Below, in pieces: positions 11,291 to 21,000 of a stretch of DNA of 40,712 bases. The number at the start of each line of letters is the position of its first letter. Within the stretch, counting starts at the first letter, position 1. The translations under genes and the position numbers were made by a program. The stretch is taken from contig NKIB01014764.1 in NCBI GenBank assembly GCA_002256025.1, positions 1 through 40,712 of the forward strand, in the 5' to 3' direction. Under the pieces are notes generated by a model, which made no database searches, was not told the DNA's origin, and saw only the letters and a list, made by a program, of their open reading frames with translations. Source of the stretch: Asterionella formosa. Its lineage: Eukaryota.

Positions 11291-12028
11291 TGTGTACGGT
11301 GCGTCCTGGACCCCCCCCCCCAAATGTACACTGCTGCCGTGACTGATTTTAACAGGTTGAGAGTGCCCTTGTAATTGACATTCATAGTAAGTAAATTTTA
11401 TTAGTTCTTCAGGATGGCAAGTTTCATTCTAATATATATAATTATTATTAACAGGTTCAAAATCACTAACGGTAAATACATACAGTATTTCTGTGAGCTG
11501 AAAACTGAGAAAGGATTTCACCTTAAAAGAAAAATGCGACGTTACAATGCTATCGGCGACTTCAATTTTCGTCGTCAATATTTATGTCATTAAAATAATT
11601 CTTTTACGATTGCATTTTCTATATCGTTCTTGATACGTGTACCAAATAAAAAAGCGTTGATCTCAGTTTTCATGGAGAGATTCATTATCCGGTATTTTCG
11701 TTATGGTCAAGGCAGAATCGACTTGATACAGGATTCTCCCGATGCTCACAACCACCACCGGTGTACTCTGGTGTTTTATATACAAAAAAGAATCGCAATT
11801 TTCAGCTAAATAATTATGTACCAGTGCCAACGGGGGATTTTGCTATGTACAGGCAAAGATGATTTAGGTAATATCTCCTCAATCATGTAGGACCTTTCCC
11901 TGGTACTCCTACCAGGTACAAACGTTGATTGTACCTGTACATCTGAAGTTTGTAAGTACAGTCGGTACGGTAGTTGACTCAACAGTGGTTGGAATAATAC
12001 GTATTTCGTTTTCTTTGTAAACACCAAG

Positions 12029-13930
12029 ATGATGTGCTTACGACCAGCAAGTTGGATAACATCGTTGCTTCTTCTGGTTAGCTATTTACAACGCGGTACG
12101 CAATCATTCTCTGTCGTGGAATCATCATCTGTGGATGCACTGTTAACCAGAGCACGTTCGCTCCTAGACATTGGTAAGGATGCGGATGCTGCCTTTGGGG
12201 TATTGACACAAGTGTATCAGCAAGACCCAACTGCTCAAGGCCTCCAACGCCTATTTGAGAGATGCTTTAGGTTGAGAATATTAATGACGGGTAATATACA
12301 GGATCGATTTGGTTTGGCCTCACTACTGCTAGATCAAGAGCGATACGATGAAGCATCACAGGAACTTCGAACGATTGTGGACACTCCCGAGATACCATCA
12401 CAAGTACACGAGAAGGCATCCAGCATGCTGTTTCGAACTAACGCAGCCTGTTGCCAATGGGATTCGTTTTTCCAAGACAGTCAAGCTCTGGTTCAATTAT
12501 TGAATCTAGGCAAATCTGATCACCTTCCTGTTGTTCATCCGTTCGAAGCCTTGAAATGGCCTTGTTTGTCGCTGGAGCAAGCGACGAGAATAGCTAGTCT
12601 GTATGCTAGACGTGCGGTAGTGAGCCAAGGTCAGGAATGGAAAGATATGCCTTCGCCGCAACCTCAAAGAGAGGTTATTGAAGTTAGTCGAGCATTTACA
12701 TTTTTTCCTAAAACAAAACTGAAACTCGGGTACATTTCACCTGATTTCACATCCATGCACCCACTGGCCTTTCTCATGCAAGATGTCTTTCAGAATCACA
12801 ATCGAGATTACACAGAAGTCAAGTTGTACTCCCTTTCCAAGCCGGAAGACTGCCCTGAAGTCAATGTCATTCGAGACGGGAGTGATTCTTACGTCACTCT
12901 GTCTCGCGGTATGTCGGCTAAGGAACTCGCAGAGACTATTCGTGACGATGACTTGGATGTGTTGATAGATTTATGTGGCTATGCAGGAACCAGTTTGATT
13001 TCAGAAATTTTGATGCATAGACCATCCCCTTTACAAGTGAGCTACATGGGATTTCCTGGCAGCTCTGGAGCACCTTATCTAGACTACTTGGTTTGCGATC
13101 CCGTGGTTGTGCCACCGGAGTTGCGGCATCACTACACCGAAAAAATTATATGGATGCCGCATTGCTACTTTGTTAACTCACATAGAAAATTTGTACCAAC
13201 ATCAAGTGCAAATGAGCGATTGGAAGCAAGGCGACGATATGGTTTAAAGGAAGATGCTTTTGTATTCTGCTGTCATTCACGGCCCGATAAGATTGATCCG
13301 ACTGTGTTTCATACATGGATGAAGGCATTGATAACATTAAAAAATGAAAATGTGGTGTTGTGGTTACTCCAATCAGGGCCTGCAATGGAAAAGAATCTAC
13401 GACAAATTGCAGAAAAGAAATATGGGCTATCCCCTGATTGTCTTGTGTTTTGTGAGATCTCTCCCAAAAATGAGCATTTGCAACGATTAGGATGTGCAGA
13501 TGTATTTTTAGACACACCTGCCTACAATGCACATACCCTTGGATGCGATGCCTTATGGGCAGGAGTTCCCATGATATCACTTTTGAGACCCTTGGTGGGT
13601 TCATCTAATATTGGTGTGGAAGACAATGGTGTGTTCGTTGCAACAGAAAAACTCGCCAGTCGGGTTGGGGCAAGCCTGTTGACTGCTTGTGGGCTAGAAG
13701 AAATGATTGTTCCTGATTTGAGTGCATATCAAGCTATGATGGTCAAGGCTGGTAGTGATCGAGCTTGGTTCAGAACCATTCAAACCAAACTAGAAGTGAA
13801 TAAACATTTGTGTCCACTCTTTGATACAAAACGATGGGTTGAAAATCTTGAATTGGCCTTGCAACATATTGTGCTCAGTGATGGAACCGAAAGGCTAACA
13901 GATATTAGAATAGCAGATCTACAACAATAA
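12029..13930 (+). CDS. GT41 (O-GlcNAc transferase/SEC/SPINDLY family) glycosyltransferase with N-terminal signal peptide and short TPR-like region
   Basis: 633-aa ORF with KLGYISPDF...HPLAFL, DVLIDLCGY, QVSYMGFPGSSG, EKIIWMPHCYF, DKIDP, DVFLDTPAYNAHT...DALWAGVP, ASRVGASLL and PLFDTKRW, all OGT catalytic-domain motifs. Confidence 0.9.
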   Translation: MMCLRPASWITSLLLLVSYLQRGTQSFSVVESSSVDALLTRARSLLDIGKDADAAFGVLTQVYQQDPTAQGLQRLFERCFRLRILMTGNIQDRFGLASLLLDQERYDEASQELRTIVDTPEIPSQVHEKASSMLFRTNAACCQWDSFFQDSQALVQLLNLGKSDHLPVVHPFEALKWPCLSLEQATRIASLYARRAVVSQGQEWKDMPSPQPQREVIEVSRAFTFFPKTKLKLGYISPDFTSMHPLAFLMQDVFQNHNRDYTEVKLYSLSKPEDCPEVNVIRDGSDSYVTLSRGMSAKELAETIRDDDLDVLIDLCGYAGTSLISEILMHRPSPLQVSYMGFPGSSGAPYLDYLVCDPVVVPPELRHHYTEKIIWMPHCYFVNSHRKFVPTSSANERLEARRRYGLKEDAFVFCCHSRPDKIDPTVFHTWMKALITLKNENVVLWLLQSGPAMEKNLRQIAEKKYGLSPDCLVFCEISPKNEHLQRLGCADVFLDTPAYNAHTLGCDALWAGVPMISLLRPLVGSSNIGVEDNGVFVATEKLASRVGASLLTACGLEEMIVPDLSAYQAMMVKAGSDRAWFRTIQTKLEVNKHLCPLFDTKRWVENLELALQHIVLSDGTERLTDIRIADLQQ

Positions 13931-13989
13931 TTATGATGCATCAACAAATCCATACAATTTTTACAATTTTTCATAGCCTTTCAGCATCC

Positions 13990-15875
13990 TCTAGATTCGG
14001 CAATTCCAACTGTACTCCAAGCACTCGTGGTGATGGTGATGTCATCTAGGTTTAGTTGGTTGAGATTTGCTCAAAACCGATGGGAGCAATCCAGAGCTGG
14101 CGTTGTTTGTTGCCTTAGCTAATGATTTCGATTTAGTTGTCGATTGCAGACAGGGCGGATTCATTTGAGAGGGGGCTGAATAATTTCTTGGCTTCTAGGG
14201 AGTTCAAATATGCTGTTGTTTGTTGCTCGATGTCGTCATTGCTGCTCCGTCATTGCTGCTAGGAGTGCTGGGTGGCTGCAGAGGGGACGAAGTCCTAAAT
14301 TATAAGTTCTTCTTGTCTAGCTGGTTGGCGTTTTTCAGTCCCAGACAATGAAGTAGCAACTGGCCGGTTCTGTTGAAACATCAGAACCCTTGTTAGAACC
14401 TCCTCCTGTAGCAGATTTTAATCATGTTCGATCAAGAATAAACACAAAAGGAGTTCAATGGATCGCTATTTGATAACATATATAATGCTTCTGGTCACAT
14501 ATCCTTTCCACTGTACTTCCTTTAACAGAATGAGCACATAATTGTATTTAATTCCTTTCAGTCCAGCTCCGGTAGTGTCCTTTTCATCATTTGCTTTGAC
14601 ATGTTTTCTTTAAAATGAAATGAAAGATTCAGCGAAATTGTTGATGTTACATTCAAAATCCCACCATTAAGAAGGACAGCAACTCACATTCTCCAATATT
14701 CTTGTATATATTTCCTGTAGGTGACAATAGCAATGCTAGCAAAAGTGTTGCAGCAAAGAAAACCATGTCCATAAATGTGCAACGAAACAATCACATAATT
14801 TATGATCACAAGCGCTCATCTATACTACGGGCATGTGCACAAAAAAATGTCGTAAAATCTGTACACACGCACTTTTCTCTACACAAATTTTTTGAAGCGA
14901 AACAATCATTTACTGCCTGTCTTTTATAAAAACATGAGAAGCGAATCAATCATATAGCTTCGCGCTTCAATAGACATATGAACAGCAAATGAGCATATAA
15001 CTTACCTCTGCTCTCATGGTTGATTGATAGGTGACAGGAGGGTATCAATCCTCATTCTCACATAAACATGTAGTAGGGAAAAGAGATATTTTAATGTCGA
15101 AATACTAATACATACTATCTATCATTGTTGAAATATGATTCATGTTAATCAATGCGCACAGACTGTAAAAAAATCTGCAGCATTATACAAACAATCTGGA
15201 GCATTAGCTAGAGTGTAACTTGCCTCTGCTCTCAGGGTTGATTAATAGGTGACAGAGTATCGATCCTCATTCTTCTCACAAATGGTATGTTGGGAAGAGA
15301 GATTTTTTTAATGTCGAAATCCTTATACAGATCTATCATTGTGGAAATATATTTCATGGTAATCAATGCACACAGATGCTACAAACCTTCTGCAATATTG
15401 CACAAGAACATATCAAGTGCGGTTTTTTATTTTGTACTTGTTGGATTGATTGTTATTGTTGTCCTGGGAAACTGTAGCAACTTTGAACGTTAAAAGCGTA
15501 AATTGAACAGCGAAAAGATTTTATAGTTTTCTTCCATTTACAGAGGATCAAGTGTTTGAACACCAAACACAAGCCCTTTTCTAGCCACAGTTGAGAAGTG
15601 AAAAAAGCATTCAACTTACCTCCGCTTTCAGGTTGGTTTGGCTGGAGGCTATCAATCCTCATTCCCTCATCAGCTTGTGTGGAATGTGGTATTATCAATT
15701 TCGCAATCATTAATCAAAAATTCAAATACTTTAAATTTATGTATCATTTTAATCTCTTTATGTCTACAACAAATTTCAAAGGAACATTATATATCCTCCA
15801 AGTATGGATGTTAAGATAAATTTTTCAAGAGTTACGAACAAGAACTCAAAGTACTTCCAGCCAGTAATCATACCC
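13990..15875 (-). mobile_element. Probable decayed transposon-derived region
   Basis: Stop-interrupted protein-like frame on the minus strand near 14240-14120 (DDIEQQTTAYLNSLEAKKLFSPLSNESALSAIDN*IEIIS*), an internal ~218-bp tandem duplication, AT-rich and no intact ORF. Family not identified. Confidence 0.35.
14998..15405. repeat. Diverged ~218-bp tandem duplication (units start 14998 and 15216; partial third copy 15613-15668)
   Basis: TAACTTRCCTCTGCTCTCA.GGTTGATT.ATAGGTGACAG...ATCCTCATTC...AGAGAT.TTTTAATGTCGAAAT...CTATCATTGT.GAAATAT...AATCAATGC.CACAGA occurs in both units. Confidence 0.85.
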
Positions 15876-15882
15876 CTGGTAC

Positions 15883-16877
15883 CAGAGGTCGGTGAAAGTA
15901 TTCTGTAAAGCAGTATACTGCAGTATTGGATACTGATACTGCTCCAGACGCAGTATCAGTATACCAGTATACTGTCATTCTATATTCCAAATATCATACT
16001 TTTCCAAAATTTTGCCAGTATACTGCTAAGTAGAAATCTGCAGAAAATCCGGCATGTCTTGTAGCATTGGAGAGCGAAATTCCGTTCAATGCTTGGGCTA
16101 TTAAGCAACACCAAAATAGGAAAATCGGCATACAATAGAAATTATATTTGTTTTGACCTCCTCCTTGGTACTTCTGACAAACTGTTTGAGTTGGCTGTCA
16201 TGAAGAAGGTAGTGAAAGGTGAAGAGCTGAATGCCGAAGAGAGCAATAAAGTTGCAAAACTTAGGAAGACCCATTCTGTACCTGCCGATGGTATCAGTAA
16301 TGATTCCTCTGAAGAATGTCCTGAAAATTCAGATGGTGCTGTTTCTTCAGAACACCAGCAAAACTATGCAGATTTGATTCAGAAGAGAATTAAACAGCGC
16401 AAGCGTGGTGCTGTCAAGTCCATCAATGAAAATTACATTTGTCTTGACCTCCGCCTTGGTACTTCTGTTAGTTGTGAAAGGCTCTTTTCCATTGCCAATC
16501 ACATTCTTACTTGTGTGAGGAAGTCAACATCACCTGCTGTGTTTGAAGCGATCCTATTTTTAAAAGTGAATAGACATTACTGGAATGAGGTTGTGGTCGG
16601 TAAAGCAATGGGTAGGACTATCACATTAGAGATGGATGATGATCAAGTAGATTAAGCAACATGATAGAAGCAAAGCACTTAAGTAGCTGCCATGATTGCC
16701 TGCTGCATGACAATAAGAATACTGCTTTGGAAGCAGTATCAGTAGTATACTGGTGTACTGTCATTTCAATATTGAAATACTTAACCGTTCGCCAGCAAGT
16801 GAATACAGTATACCAGTATACTGTCATTCTCTAAAAAAGCCCGTAGTATTACTGTAGTATAATATCACTGACCTATG
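15883..16877 (+). mobile_element. Non-autonomous (internally deleted) hAT DNA transposon, 995 bp
   Basis: TIRs CAGAGGTCGGTGA (15883) versus reverse complement CATAGGTCAGTGA (ends 16877), 11/13 match. 8-bp TSD CCTGGTAC (15875-15882) / CCTGGTAT (16878-16885). Many CAGTAT/ATACTG subterminal repeats. Carries a hAT C-terminal fragment. Confidence 0.88.
16089..16655 (+). pseudogene. hAT transposase C-terminal (hATC dimerisation domain) remnant
   Basis: GTSVSCERLFSIANHILTCVRKSTSPAVFEAILFLKVN matches hAT region 3 (xTSxxxERxFS...R...E...FLxxN). BED finger and the first catalytic Asp residues are absent. Confidence 0.85.
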
Positions 16878-17710
16878 CCTGGTATGACAAGGGATCATTG
16901 TTACCTATACATACCTTCAAAGTCTTTCACAAAGCTAGTTTTAGGGGGTGCAAGGAGGCAAGGACAAGGAGCAGGCAATAATGTAACTCTGCTGGCTTAA
17001 TCGATGCGCTCTCCTTTGCCTTCCACCCCCGCCCTGTCTAACCTATTTTCCCTCTACCCGGGCTCTTTGCGCCCAGGGGAAGCAACTCAAAGAACTTCAC
17101 TCCAGTCTCGAGTCTCGAATAAAGCGTACAGTACTTCAAAAATTTATTTACCAATGATATATACCGGTATCTAGTTAGACTACTGGTATAGAAAACGACG
17201 ACGTATGTCGTCCATACCACATCAGGAATGCGGCATTCGTCGTATGAAGGGGTTCATACAATGGACGTAGGAATTCCGGCATTGGGTTTGACGAAGTACG
17301 ACGCGGTATGTAATGAAAATTGAGAACTGACAATTCATGATATTCATTTGACCCGATTCTTGTCACACATTTGACCCAATCAAATTTCTTATGTAAGTTG
17401 GAAGGCAAAATGAGTCCAATTCAATTAGGCTATGACATTTCAATGCAAGGGTCCGATGCCCCAAATTCTCCGCCTGAGTCATTGTTTCAATATAAAAAAA
17501 CATAAATTTGCAATTCAGTTGCTCTCACTATTCCTATATAGTTTGCATAACCATAAAAGGACAGATTGATTGTTCTCCTCTCCTCAGGTGTGACGTTAAT
17601 TGAAAGCGCTGTACACTATCACTCAATCTTCAGGTGCCTTCGTCGTCTCCCCAGAAAAGCATCTTATTCATACATTCCACAGTCCAAACTTACTACCGGT
17701 ATAGTTCATC

Positions 17711-18361
17711 ATGCCTCGCCATCCCTGCCTTAGATTCAATGATGAACCTACAATCATGGGCCCTACACATACTCTGTTGACTTCTTCCACTGAAATGGAA
17801 TCTGTTGACAAGAGTAATATTTACTACAGTCCGCAAGAACTACGAGAAATTCGGTCAGATGCGAAACAACTAGGCGTGATAGTTTCAAAGAAACAAGACG
17901 CATCAAATCCCCTCGCATACAAGAACGTTATGGAGCGATCATACAAAGAATGCGTTAAGGGAGGTATTCCTTCTCTCCAGGACATGGAATATTTCATCCA
18001 CTGGACATCAGCATGTCCCATGAGGCGGGGACTGGAAAGGGTATGTGTGCCTACTTTGGGAGCTGCAAGAACAAAGCGTACAAACTTCTGTGTAGCAGCT
18101 GTCTTGGAGACTCAACAGCGGTCCACTCCAGAGGAACGCGATGCGAAAATGCGCTCTGTTTCTGAAAAGTTGTCGATGCCATCGAAAAGTCTAGCACGAG
18201 TGCATGGAATCGTTGATGCTTGTGTTGCAAGACAAGCTGATGATTTCTATTCTAAGAAGCGCAATTCAAACGACGTGGAGGGCAAGAACTCAGAAGGACC
18301 ACCATGTGCTAAGGGGAGGCGCAGCGTCACAACTGAAGCAGGGGGACTTGGTATCTGCTAG
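17711..18361 (+). CDS. Uncharacterised RRGLE-family protein, copy C1 (216 aa)
   Basis: CLRF...DKSNIYYS...NPLAY...W...MRRGLER...VLETQ...GIVD; near-identical to 20323..21000. Confidence 0.82.
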   Translation: MPRHPCLRFNDEPTIMGPTHTLLTSSTEMESVDKSNIYYSPQELREIRSDAKQLGVIVSKKQDASNPLAYKNVMERSYKECVKGGIPSLQDMEYFIHWTSACPMRRGLERVCVPTLGAARTKRTNFCVAAVLETQQRSTPEERDAKMRSVSEKLSMPSKSLARVHGIVDACVARQADDFYSKKRNSNDVEGKNSEGPPCAKGRRSVTTEAGGLGIC

Positions 18362-20322
18362 TATCATCAAGTTGTCACAACAGTATAATATTTCTTGATT
18401 GTGCATTAACAATGCATGAATCGATACATAAGTCTAAATTACGTAATCTGTACAAAGAATACAATGACATGACATGGCAACTGATGTTTTTAACAACTTG
18501 CAGACAATGGTTAATGCATCCAGTTCACCTCTGAACCATTGCCGTTCAACTGCCAGTCTCATTTTCTCTTCCATAGGAGCAAAATTTTTTTAAGGTTGAC
18601 TAGAAAGAGGCTCGCATACCTTAAAAACGTCAAAAGACCCGAGGGAATTCGAATTCAACATACTACCGGTATGTAGACTACGTGGCGAAACCCTTTATCT
18701 ATAAATGACCCCTACTTAAGACAAGTCAGTCAAAGAAGCATCATGAATTGGTATTTATCGTCATTTTGGAGTACCGTAATGACTTGAATCTTCTATTTGG
18801 GCTTCGTATGTCAAACAAAAAATAAACATGATTTGCTTGTCTCTATTTTGATTAGGTAGGCAAGATTGATTACCGGTAGTGATATGCGCTGGCGTCGCCT
18901 TTCAAGTCTGCGTGATGACAAGTCCTACTTACTATGCATCATCAGGTATGCTTAGAAGTGCATACAAAAGATTATTTATCATGAGGTCTTGCAACTTGAG
19001 CCTTTCAGTGACGCACCATTTCTATATGCATGATATGGATATGATCGATCACGTCTTCACGACCACAATGTCGCATAAGAACCAGAATTGGGCGAAGCAC
19101 GGGAAAAATGAAGTATGCTGGTATTTTTGTGAGCCATAATCCACACAGGAAAATTAGAGAAGAAAAATGCCGCATGAAACAAAATTAAACACCCGCAACA
19201 AATTCACCATCCTGAGAAGTGCCAAGAAAACAGAAACATTTTTTACACTACTCCTTCATGAGGGAGTGACCACCACCACACAAATCCACTGCCCCCCCCC
19301 CCCCCCCTTCAAGCGCTTTCAAGGGCCCATGAAGTGCAAATACAACAATTCCTTACTATAATAGTAATATAAAAAGAATAGCAATATACTGGTAAGTCTC
19401 TAGAACTGGTCAAGGAATCAGGTTAACTCCATGACAACGAGATAAAAACAAGATTGAATGACTGCCATTGTGATCATCAACCGAGCACAAAAGGCAATGA
19501 ATAGGGTTACAGTTAAATTCTTTCAAGAATACAACAGGTACCAGCTACCGGTAGCAACCGAAAACCAAAGTACAGAATTATGTTATCTTGGGGACTTCGT
19601 TGATAAAGAAGCCTTTCTATGTCTGACCATGACCATCAATCATGGAGTCGACTAGGACATCAATAACGGAAAAGACTCTACGATCAGCTTTTCAATGTGT
19701 ACCGTTATTTTGTCATAAAACCCCAGTGCCGTATGATCATCCAATCTACTGGTATCTGATTTTCGGTAAGTGCTGTGGACGACGATAATAGGAGCACCTT
19801 CAGGTGTGTGGCATGGTACCAGGTATGGTACCCCCAGGTAGCTGGTACCAGGTCCCAGTACTAATTAATTAGCTTACAAATTGAAGGAGAGCACCATGAG
19901 ATAAAAACGACGCACTCAAGATTTCTTATTGCACAAGTCTGAGCCAATCAAATCTCCTAAGAAGGAAGACAAAAATTATTCAATTAACAAAAGGTTGACA
20001 TTTCGAGGCTTTGGATGATCCTAGTTCATTGCTGAGTCTACATATCTCCAAGTACCAATTTATCTTTCCTACATATACTTTCACTTGTTTGCACCGGTAC
20101 TCAACAGGTCAATTTTCTTAGCATTATATGCATCATTTATCTCTACAGTACTACATAGGACATGCCCGACATCACTATGTACTCCATAGCTCTCATAAGT
20201 TTGGAGAAAACATCATAAAACATAGACAGTACGACCCAAGCATATCTTCATCCCAACCTCGTCAGGAAAAGCACCTTATTCATACATTCCACAGTCCAAA
20301 CTTACTACCGGTATAGTTCATC

Positions 20323-21000
20323 ATGCCTCGCCATCCCTGCCTTAGATTCAATGATGAACCTACAATCATGGGCCCTACACATACTCTGTTGACTTCTTCC
20401 ACTGAAATGGAATCTGTTGACAAGAGTAATATTTACTACAGTCCGCAAGAACTACGAGAAATTCGGTCAGATGCGAAACAACTAGGCGTGATAGTTTCAA
20501 AGAAACAAGACGCATCAAATCCCCTCGCATACAAGAACGTTATGGAGCGATCATACAAAGAATGCGTTAAGGGAGGTATTCCTTCTCTCCAGGACATGGA
20601 ATATTTCATCCACTGGACATCAGCATGTCCCATGAGGCGGGGACTGGAAAGGGTATGTGTGCCTACTTTGGGAGCTGCAAGAACAAAGCGTACAAACTTC
20701 TGTGTGGCAGCTGTCTTGGAGACTCAACGGCGGTCCACTCCAGAGGAACGCGATGCGAAAATGCGCTCTGTTTCTGAAAAGTTGTCGATGCCATCGAAAA
20801 GTCTAGCACGAGTGCATGGAATCGTTGATGCTTGTGTTGCAAGACAAGCTGATGATTTCTATTCTAAGAAGCGCAATTCAAACGACGTGGAGGGCAAGAA
20901 CTCAGAAGGGTCACCATGTGCCAAGAGTAGGCGCAGCGTCACAACTGATGCAGCGGGACTAACAATCTGCCAGCGTTGGCAGGGTGTTACAATGGCATAA
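20323..21000 (+). CDS. Uncharacterised RRGLE-family protein, copy C2 (225 aa)
   Basis: Direct duplicate of 17711..18361 at an offset of 2612 nt; differs mainly at the C-terminus. Confidence 0.82.
   Translation: MPRHPCLRFNDEPTIMGPTHTLLTSSTEMESVDKSNIYYSPQELREIRSDAKQLGVIVSKKQDASNPLAYKNVMERSYKECVKGGIPSLQDMEYFIHWTSACPMRRGLERVCVPTLGAARTKRTNFCVAAVLETQRRSTPEERDAKMRSVSEKLSMPSKSLARVHGIVDACVARQADDFYSKKRNSNDVEGKNSEGSPCAKSRRSVTTDAAGLTICQRWQGVTMA

Noticed and set aside
11081..11342. Short ORFs with YQVPGT/GTWY repeats (also near 6676, 8053-8286 and 22917-23586)
   Set aside because: These are translation artefacts of the TACCAGG/GGTACC repeats, with no other coding signal.
14998..15012. AACTTACCT resembling the 5' end of U1 snRNA
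   Set aside because: It continues as CTGCTCTC rather than a U1 stem-loop and no Sm site is evident. It is better explained as the reverse complement of a splice donor.
14148..17039. 11-bp inverted pair AGACAGGGCGG (14148) / CCGCCCTGTCT (17029) as TIRs of a larger hAT enclosing the 1-kb element
   Set aside because: No matching 8-bp TSD (ATTGCAGA versus TCTAACCT), the similarity does not extend inward, and the left copy lies inside a decayed coding-like frame.
17197..17212. Hairpin GACGAC-GTAT-GTCGTC as a Helitron end or ncRNA
   Set aside because: A 6-bp stem is expected by chance, and no CTRR terminus follows at the usual spacing.
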